From positions 1-35,246 of the forward strand of contig CAYZHG010000106.1 in NCBI GenBank assembly GCA_964477455.1: a stretch of DNA of 35,246 nucleotides. The letters run 5' to 3'. Each line of letters starts with the position of its first letter. The first letter of the stretch is position 1. The stretch comes from an uncultured Gammaproteobacteria bacterium (GTDB taxonomy: Bacteria; Patescibacteriota; Patescibacteriia; Magasanikbacterales; GWA2-37-8). The translations under genes and the position numbers were made by a program. This document shows, piece after piece, positions 9,201 to 15,542 of this stretch. Below the pieces are notes generated by a model. That model saw only the letters and a list, made by a program, of their open reading frames with translations. It did no database searches and had not been told where the DNA came from.

Positions 9201-9599
9201 TCTGATTATGAGTTTAAAATTTCCAGACGAGCCTACCACCTACTAAACCAAGTTAAACTTCCAGGAGCAAATACAGATAGTTTTCTTCAAGTTTGCTTGG
9301 AATTCATTTCACGATTAGCGAAGCTTAGTGTTCTAGAAAAAGAAAAGATATCCTGGGTGATGTTTCTTACTAATTTTTTCTCAAATTTTATTCCACAAGA
9401 AAGCCTTGTTCCGGGAGACGAAGTGCTTGCAAAATATATAGATTTCATTGCAAAAGGGTGGGGTTTATTGCTTAGACACTTACCAAAGGATTCGAGAGAA
9501 GATATAGAAAAGGCAACAGCAGACATAAAAAACGAACATATTCAAAGAGCTATCCGCCACGCAATAAAAGTACAGCTAGAAAGAGAGCAGCAGCGGTAA
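6213..9599 (+). CDS. large multidomain protein: XRE-HTH + Mrr-like PD-(D/E)xK nuclease + coiled coil + TPR-like array + PIN-like domain + helical tail
   Basis: 1128 aa. HTH: FTQQKLSELAGVDYNTLRKIETG. Mrr_cat-like: FESLVLKIL, GGMGDKKRDVLAK, LFQAKRH. TPR-like: RRLIGEGKYTEAKEILLTL, LYNNLGLCFAKSG..IELLEKALDID. PIN-like: FVLDYSALLNL, ASEHLL, EIDYCIKNDAVLITDD. No GxxxxGK[ST] motif is present. Confidence 0.85.
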   Translation: MSILGLRIAEFRKKMSFTQQKLSELAGVDYNTLRKIETGMTKNPGQEIIVKIASALSIPITTLIEEPKPTTFGEGILPFLQLSPDRFESLVLKILSEDSNYRNVEPYGGMGDKKRDVLAKMVVDGKISDKSTLFQAKRHKTTSSTTLNGELDKIKIHFFDTAEPATPIEGIVFCLADVPSPIIKDRVKECARALGLPEPIFWDARLLDVKCHASKSIMNEYFRGHLHEIKEGIENISSQLETNLSGIKSDVKKSIEMSQSAIADVKEAITSFSSADDAEMQRARRLIGEGKYTEAKEILLTLKEKVEKSNDSNRLKKLYNNLGLCFAKSGDDSYIIKGIELLEKALDIDNTFSAPKRNLISVITDNGLSEKYKQAVYLGKQLYESEPYNSDFLSSYIFALNASGNRKDARAILESISDIEKRVSENEGLCVAAIIVYFGEDEFMQKAGALVEIGLKSFPDSPPMNRFKGSFLMYEAEKKGYGYLGDDPLPIFKDLDMVSKAVEHFERSLSLMENGPWPEFAKNQVRFFIYNTRTLLHEGRREQLGDLLEQSREIEPELLSDDEKRNKLLADVSLELHQKNSRRAYELATEFIKKYNCSYESVKKIARNFLQYGAVEQAIKFLTSITEEAKEAEDFECWALLSQCYLLIGDKNSALRVMNESKTFFASKNPETFNTILSHYGAVAARYKDNSESSRLLDNIWELQKNLPNETILKPIKAIEEDGSLSPEIKNILENAKEDFESKRDLLATNPVPVYFLMVDKMFGRSFPEVLELPRESFDFSFVLPYNQLDNDFAKKQKLNFDNGTTFVLDYSALLNLARSKQLGLFAALGKKVVASEHLLWTVQRDLIILEDSSLREAWNFLRSDLIELFPHREQLVGMPEKMRTFFETEMKCQWLTQEIDYCIKNDAVLITDDLRLWHYMYSTEVKSKAVNSFIFFQEGLSRGALDVVQYSLVIAELADLFYHFLPFNGENFLHIILEDDRKIEQGQLASLTFKYSDYEFKISRRAYHLLNQVKLPGANTDSFLQVCLEFISRLAKLSVLEKEKISWVMFLTNFFSNFIPQESLVPGDEVLAKYIDFIAKGWGLLLRHLPKDSREDIEKATADIKNEHIQRAIRHAIKVQLEREQQR

Positions 9600-9761
9600 G
9601 TTCCTTTATGGATTAACGAGCTGCGCATTTGGTGTACTTTCTCAAACCCACCACTGGGTATGAAGTTAAGTATTGATTAAATTTTAGATCAACTCAGACC
9701 ACTGTTTGATTTCTTTAAAGAAGCAGTTCCAATGGTCAATGGAGTGGTCTACAAATATTGT

Positions 9762-9789
9762 AAAAACCGCTAAACTTAGCGGTTTTTTT
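9762..9789. terminator. bidirectional intrinsic terminator between convergent genes
   Basis: AAAAACCGCTA-aact-TAGCGGTTTTTTT. Confidence 0.72.
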
Positions 9790-9810
9790 GTTTAAATATA
9801 TCCGTAAAAT

Positions 9811-10665
9811 TTATTTTTGATTATTTATTACCGCATAAAATCTTTTCATATCATTGGTCACCATAAAGCTGTGGAGAGTATATAAATCATCTTTAGTGTG
9901 CGTTGTTCTTTCAAAGCCGATACGCGCAGAAGTATATCCAGCTTCCTTTATTTCGGATATAGTGATTGGTTTGTGTAGGCCAAATGGATAGGCAAAAGCC
10001 GTTATTGTTTTACCGATTTGTTCTTCTATAATTTTTTTACTTTCCACAATTTCTATTTTAAGTTTGGTGGTGTCAGTAATTTTCCATAGATATGGATGTG
10101 ATTTACTATGTCCACCAATTTCCATATTAAATTTTGACAGTTCTCGTACTTGCTCCCATGTGAAAAATTTTGGACGACCGATTGCATTGGTATAAATAAA
10201 GAAAGTGGCGGTCATACCTTCTTTATTTAAAATTGGAACAGCATTAGTGAATTGAGTCTCTAAACCATCATCCAAACTTATTATCACCGGTTTAGTCGGT
10301 AGAGATTTTCCGTCAAAATAATTTGTTAAATCTTCGAAACTAATTGTAGTGTATCCCTGGGCTTTTAAATATTTCAATTGTTTTTCAAAGTTATTTGGGT
10401 GAACATCGTATATTTTGTTCGCATTAGGTTCGCCGACATATGATGGTCGAATGCTGTGATAAACTAAAATTGGCACACGTATTGGGGGAATCAATTTCGA
10501 TGGTGTCGATGTGACTTTTGTGTTTAATGTATCAATTTTCGCTGGGATTGATAATTGATTTTCGAATTTAATGCGTGCATTTTTTTTATTGGATACGAAA
10601 AATACACCAATTGAAATGATTAAAAATATGACTGTTAAAAAAATAATTTTAAGTTTTAACTTCAT
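9811..10665 (-). CDS. polysaccharide deacetylase (NodB homology domain), membrane anchored
   Basis: Contains ILVYHSI, ISLDDGLETQ, GGHSKSHP and an N-terminal TM helix. I prefer the start at MKLKLKIIFL (10665); an alternative upstream ATG lies at 10704. Confidence 0.85.
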   Translation of the reverse strand: MKLKLKIIFLTVIFLIISIGVFFVSNKKNARIKFENQLSIPAKIDTLNTKVTSTPSKLIPPIRVPILVYHSIRPSYVGEPNANKIYDVHPNNFEKQLKYLKAQGYTTISFEDLTNYFDGKSLPTKPVIISLDDGLETQFTNAVPILNKEGMTATFFIYTNAIGRPKFFTWEQVRELSKFNMEIGGHSKSHPYLWKITDTTKLKIEIVESKKIIEEQIGKTITAFAYPFGLHKPITISEIKEAGYTSARIGFERTTHTKDDLYTLHSFMVTNDMKRFYAVINNQK

Positions 10666-10770
10666 ATCTTTTATTATAGCATAAATAGTTTTTAAACATA
10701 ACATTTATAATAAATAAAATTTGTGGTACTATATAATAGCTAATATTGATTGATAAATTAATCAAATCAT

Positions 10771-13626
10771 ATGTCTGGTCTAAATAAAAATAAAATAGGT
10801 GCATCGGTAGCATCTATTTTTCGATTTAGTAAAAAAATAAATAATAAACAAACAGAACAAAAATTACAAGAAGCTGAAGAAAAATTTTCCGCAGCATTTA
10901 ATGCTTCTCCTGATTTAATGGCGATTACCAAATTTTCGGATGGAACAATTCTGGAAGTTAATGAGGGGTATTCCAAGCTTTTAGGCTTTACGCGAGCAGA
11001 ATCCATTGGTAAAACGACCACGGAGCTATTGATTTGGGGGAATGCTAAGGGTCGACAAAAATTTGTTGATCTACTGCTAAAAACCGGTCAAGTCATTGAT
11101 TTTGAAACTACGCTAAGACGTAAAAATGGCACAATGGTAACGGTTCTTGACTCTGCTAGAATATTTACATTTCAAGGAGAGAAATGTGTGCTGTCAATTG
11201 CACATGATATTACAAATAGAAAACAGTTTGAAGCAGTTCTAAAAGAAAAAGAAGAAAAGTATTATACTCTAATACAAAAAATTGAAGCTGGGGTCGTAGT
11301 TCATGGTCCAGATACAAAGATTCTAGTTTGTAATTCTGCTGCTCAAGAGATTTTGGGACTTACAGAAGATCAGCTATTGGGAAAAACAGCATTTGATCCA
11401 ACCTGGTCATTTTTTAAAGAAGATGGCTCAGTAGCTAATGTTATGGATTATCCAGTTAATTTGGTGATAAAAACAAAAAAGCCACTGAGAAATTATATAC
11501 TACGAGTACATCGTTCAAATGACAAAAATGACGTCTGGGTTTTGATAAGTGCTGATACAATATTAAATAAAAATGGGAAAATTGTTCAAGTGGTCGTAAC
11601 TTTTGTAGATGTTACAAAACGAAAAATTAATGAAATTGAACGCGAACAATTTTTTAGATTTTTTAATTTGTCGACAGATATCATGGTAATTGCTGATCCA
11701 AATGGTGCTTTTAAAAAAGTTAATCCTACTTGCTTGAATCTGCTTGGCTATACAGAAAAAGAGCTTTTGTCAAAATCATTTATTGATTTTGTTTATTGTG
11801 ATGATAAACAGCCTACTCTCGATGAAATGGCAAAACAGATCAAAATTGGTTCATCTTTAAATTTTGAAAATCGTTATCTGTGTAAGGGAGGTAAAGTCGT
11901 GTGGTTGTCGTGGCGAGCAACTTTTAATAAAGCTGAAGGTTTGACCTACGCTACTGCTCGTGATATTACCGAAAAAAAATTAGCTGAAATTGCAATTGAT
12001 CGCAAAAATCGTGCTTTAAAAATTGTGAGTGGAATTAACCAATCGCTAATTCATATTACCGATGAAAATGTTTTATTGAATGATGCTTGCCATATTGCTG
12101 TTGAAATTGGAGGTTATCTTTTAGCTTGGGTTGGTTTTGCAGTGCAAGATAAAAACAAAATGGTTGAGGTGGTTGCACGTGCGGGGAGTGGGTCAACTTA
12201 TCTTGATGATATTAAAATTGTCTGGGCAAACAATGAATATGGCCGTGGTCCAACAGGATCGGCGATTCGGACCGGAAAAACACAAATGTCACGCAACATT
12301 TCGATAGATCCTAAAATGATTCCTTGGAGAAAATCTGCTAAAAAATATGGCTTTAAGTCTTCGATTGCTTTGCCTCTTATAAACAACCGAAAAACATTTG
12401 GTACAATTAATATTTATTCTGGCGAAATTGATGCATTTAATGACGATGAAGTTCGTATTTTAGAAGAATTGGCGAGTGATTTGTCGTTTGGAATCATTAC
12501 ACAACGCAATCGGGCCGAACAGCTAAAAATGGTTGAGGTAATTAAAAGTAATGAATCGACACTAAAAGAAGCTCAGCGCATTGGTCATTTTGGAAATTGG
12601 AGTTGGGATATGAAAACAGATAAAATTGTCTGGTCGGATGAATATTACCGTATTATCGGTTTTGATCCGAAAAAATCCCCTCCAGGCTACAAAGATCATT
12701 TAAAAATTTACACTTCTGAAAGTGCTGCTAGATTGGACGAGGCGGTAAAAAGAAATATAAAAACCGGCGAGTCATATATATTGGATTTAGAAATAGCTAC
12801 GCCAAATGCGACTTGTCAATGGATAACAGCGCGAAGTGAATCAGTCTACGATGCTCATGGAAAAATTATCGGTCTTCGTGGTACAGCCCAAGATATTACC
12901 GAAGCCAAAAAAATTGACCAAATGAAATCGGAATTTGTTTCACTCGCTTCTCATCAATTACGCACTCCACTTACGGGAATTAAATGGTTGTCTGAGTTGC
13001 TTTTGCGTGATCCTGAAAAGACTCTTACTGCCGATCAAAATGATCTCATGAATGGGATTGTAATGAGTACAAAACGAACGATTAATTTGGTTGATGATTT
13101 GCTTGATGTATCACGTATTGATACTGGGAAAAATTTAAATTTAAATGTTAAACCGGTGGATGTTGTTACGTTGATTAATTTTGCTATTAATGAGAAACGA
13201 CCTTTGATTAATCAAAACAATTTAACAGTGGAATTGTCAGATGCATTATCTAAACCAATCGTTTTAAAAGTAGATAAAGAAAAAATTCAACAGGTATTTG
13301 AAAATCTTTTAGACAATGCTCTTAAATTTTCAACTCCAGGATCTAAGATAAACATTGGGGCAAATTTTGAAAATAATCAAGTCACTTTTTTTGTGAAAGA
13401 TAATGGTGTCGGTATTCCACTAGCAAATCAATCCAAGATTTTTGCAAGATTTTATCGAGCCGACAATGCAACAAAAATTGATAATACTGGTACTGGCCTG
13501 GGTTTGTATATTGCCAAAGGAATTATTGAATATCATCATGGTAAAATATGGTTTGAATCCAAAGAGGGAAAAGGAAGTATATTTTATTTTTCATTACCGC
13601 TAGCTGTGGATTTAGAAAAAAAGTAA
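10771..13626 (+). CDS. cytoplasmic multi-sensor histidine kinase (PAS x3, GAF, PAS, HisKA, HATPase_c)
   Basis: 951 aa with no TM segment. H-box SLASHQLRTPLTGI, N-box ENLLDNALKFS, G-boxes DNGVGIP and GTGLGLYIAKGI. PAS-like blocks repeat. Confidence 0.9.
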   Translation: MSGLNKNKIGASVASIFRFSKKINNKQTEQKLQEAEEKFSAAFNASPDLMAITKFSDGTILEVNEGYSKLLGFTRAESIGKTTTELLIWGNAKGRQKFVDLLLKTGQVIDFETTLRRKNGTMVTVLDSARIFTFQGEKCVLSIAHDITNRKQFEAVLKEKEEKYYTLIQKIEAGVVVHGPDTKILVCNSAAQEILGLTEDQLLGKTAFDPTWSFFKEDGSVANVMDYPVNLVIKTKKPLRNYILRVHRSNDKNDVWVLISADTILNKNGKIVQVVVTFVDVTKRKINEIEREQFFRFFNLSTDIMVIADPNGAFKKVNPTCLNLLGYTEKELLSKSFIDFVYCDDKQPTLDEMAKQIKIGSSLNFENRYLCKGGKVVWLSWRATFNKAEGLTYATARDITEKKLAEIAIDRKNRALKIVSGINQSLIHITDENVLLNDACHIAVEIGGYLLAWVGFAVQDKNKMVEVVARAGSGSTYLDDIKIVWANNEYGRGPTGSAIRTGKTQMSRNISIDPKMIPWRKSAKKYGFKSSIALPLINNRKTFGTINIYSGEIDAFNDDEVRILEELASDLSFGIITQRNRAEQLKMVEVIKSNESTLKEAQRIGHFGNWSWDMKTDKIVWSDEYYRIIGFDPKKSPPGYKDHLKIYTSESAARLDEAVKRNIKTGESYILDLEIATPNATCQWITARSESVYDAHGKIIGLRGTAQDITEAKKIDQMKSEFVSLASHQLRTPLTGIKWLSELLLRDPEKTLTADQNDLMNGIVMSTKRTINLVDDLLDVSRIDTGKNLNLNVKPVDVVTLINFAINEKRPLINQNNLTVELSDALSKPIVLKVDKEKIQQVFENLLDNALKFSTPGSKINIGANFENNQVTFFVKDNGVGIPLANQSKIFARFYRADNATKIDNTGTGLGLYIAKGIIEYHHGKIWFESKEGKGSIFYFSLPLAVDLEKK

Positions 13627-13750
13627 ATAATGCTCATTTATTCTAAGTCACTGTATCTATGTTATCAGTAGTGTGTTATACTCATAATAAGGAAAGGTCT
13701 AAAAAAAATATTATATAATTTATTAAAAAAATATAAAGAAATATTTACAT

Positions 13751-14776
13751 ATGAAAGTATCCAATAAGATCTCAACGATTGCTTTGGCAGTTGCGCTTAC
13801 ATTTAGTCTATCTGGAGCAGTTGAGGTAAATGCTGCTACAGTCGTAAATCTTGGTTCAGCAGACAGTTTTGCAGTTTTGGCAGCTTCCACAATCACCAAT
13901 ACTGGTGCAAGTACTATTAATGGTAATTTGGGATTAAGTCCTGGAACTTCTGTTACTGGTTTTCCTCCTGGGATTATGAATGGCGTTCAAAATATTGCAA
14001 ATGCGAATGCAATTAGCGCTCAAACAGATTTAATAGCAGCGTATGGTTCTGCTGGACAAACTCCAGCTTCAACTGTGTCCGCTGAGCTTGGCGGAACAGT
14101 TAAAAATGCTGGCGTTTATGTATCGAACGATGGTTCGTTTGGTATTACCGGAACATTGACTTTGGATGCTCAAGGAGATCCAAATGCTATATTTATTTTT
14201 AAATCCGCCACAACACTGACAACTGCTGGATTAAGTGTTGTAAACCTTTTAAATGGTGCACAAGCTTGTAATGTTTTTTGGCAAGTAGGAAGTTCTGCTA
14301 CACTTGGTATTAATTCAAATTTCAAAGGTAATATTTTGGCTTTAACTTCAGCTACACTTACAACCGGTGCCACCGTTGACGGTCGTGTATTAGTTCGTAA
14401 TGGTGCAGTTACATTGGATTCAAATACTATTACCAAGGCAACTTGCATGGTAACTCCAACTCCAGTACCTGCAACTCCACCAGCTCCAACTTCAACTCCT
14501 ACTCCAACTTCTTCACCAACCCCTACACCTTTAACCGTTTCTGTCCCAACAACTACGCCAACACCAGTTCCAACTATTATTTCTACTCCAGTTGTAACTG
14601 TTGAAACTGCTCCAATCGTAGCATCTGAAACAGTAGTTGTGCCTACTCCAAAAATGCCAGCCTCGGGCATCGCTCCTGCTGAGACAATTTCTCCATGGAA
14701 TATTGTAGCGCTAGTTAGTCTTTTTGTAACTTTGGCTTCATATTTCGTTGCACGCAGAAAAACAAACAATATATAA
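13751..14776 (+). CDS. secreted DUF3494 (ice-binding-like) surface protein with Thr/Pro-rich stalk and C-terminal sorting-signal-like tail
   Basis: Signal peptide ending in VNA-AT. LGSADSFAVLAASTITNTGASTINGNLGLSPGTSVTGFPPG is the typical start of a DUF3494 domain. A TP-rich linker covers aa 235-300. The tail is PKMPASG, then a hydrophobic helix, then RRKTNNI. Confidence 0.8.
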   Translation: MKVSNKISTIALAVALTFSLSGAVEVNAATVVNLGSADSFAVLAASTITNTGASTINGNLGLSPGTSVTGFPPGIMNGVQNIANANAISAQTDLIAAYGSAGQTPASTVSAELGGTVKNAGVYVSNDGSFGITGTLTLDAQGDPNAIFIFKSATTLTTAGLSVVNLLNGAQACNVFWQVGSSATLGINSNFKGNILALTSATLTTGATVDGRVLVRNGAVTLDSNTITKATCMVTPTPVPATPPAPTSTPTPTSSPTPTPLTVSVPTTTPTPVPTIISTPVVTVETAPIVASETVVVPTPKMPASGIAPAETISPWNIVALVSLFVTLASYFVARRKTNNI

Positions 14777-14799
14777 TAGAAATTTTCAAACCATTTGAT

Positions 14800-14829
14800 A
14801 AGAGCCGGACAAGATTTTGTCTGGCTCTT
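14800..14829 (+). terminator. strong hairpin between surface-protein gene and sortase gene (attenuator or partial terminator; no clear T-run)
   Basis: AAGAGCCGGACAA-gatt-TTGTCTGGCTCTT: a 13-bp stem with one G-U pair. Confidence 0.4.
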
Positions 14830-14850
14830 GCATTTGATAGGTATAAAATT

Positions 14851-15504
14851 ATGCAATATAAAATATTAACAACTTTTTCTAAGCGAACATTGTTGATAAT
14901 TATTATTGTGGAATTTATTATTTCTTCAGTGTCTGTTTTCTATCTTGTTTTGAGAAATTTCAATCCATCAACATCACTGGTAGCTAGTAGTCAAACACAC
15001 AACCATTCCTTAGCTTTAAATAATAATATAACAATTAGCAATAGTGACATTAAGCCTAGTTTTGGATTACCATTACGTCTAAAAATACCAATTATTGGTG
15101 TAGATTCAGCGGTAGAGTATGTTGGTCTTACTGTTAATGGAGCAATGGATACACCAAAAAACCAAGCAGATGTTGCCTGGTATCAATTGGGTAAACGTCC
15201 CGGAGAAAATGGCCGTGCGGTAATTGCTGGGCATTATGGATGGAAAGGAAAAAAAGAATCAGCATTTGATAATTTGTACAAATTACGAACTGGCGACAAA
15301 ATATATGTTGAAGATGATGAAGGATATACAATTATTTTTGTAGTAAGTGGAAATAGAAGGTATAATAAAGATGTTGTTGCCTCTGAGGTATTTACATCTA
15401 CGGATGGAAAAGCTTACCTTAGTTTGATTACCTGTGAGGGAGAATGGGATAAAGTTTCTAAGAGTTATCCAAGTAGGTTGGTAGTCTTTGCAGAAAAAGA
15501 ATAA
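14851..15504 (+). CDS. sortase family transpeptidase (membrane anchored)
   Basis: 217 aa with an N-terminal TM helix. Catalytic pattern: VIAGHYG (His), LSLITCEG (Cys), SRLVVFA (Arg). Confidence 0.85.
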   Translation: MQYKILTTFSKRTLLIIIIVEFIISSVSVFYLVLRNFNPSTSLVASSQTHNHSLALNNNITISNSDIKPSFGLPLRLKIPIIGVDSAVEYVGLTVNGAMDTPKNQADVAWYQLGKRPGENGRAVIAGHYGWKGKKESAFDNLYKLRTGDKIYVEDDEGYTIIFVVSGNRRYNKDVVASEVFTSTDGKAYLSLITCEGEWDKVSKSYPSRLVVFAEKE

Positions 15505-15542
15505 TAATTTTTCAATACTGTTTGATTAATAAATATTATTAA

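Noticed and set aside
6680-9526. Minus-strand ORFs (139, 80 and 79 aa) inside the 1128-aa gene.
   Set aside because: They are antisense to a continuous 3.4-kb frame and have no recognisable motifs or start context.
14170-14856. 228-aa minus-strand ORF rich in Gly/Val/Thr.
   Set aside because: It is the mirror image of the Thr/Pro-rich stalk and DUF3494 region of the well-supported plus-strand gene. Its low-complexity composition is typical of an antisense artefact.
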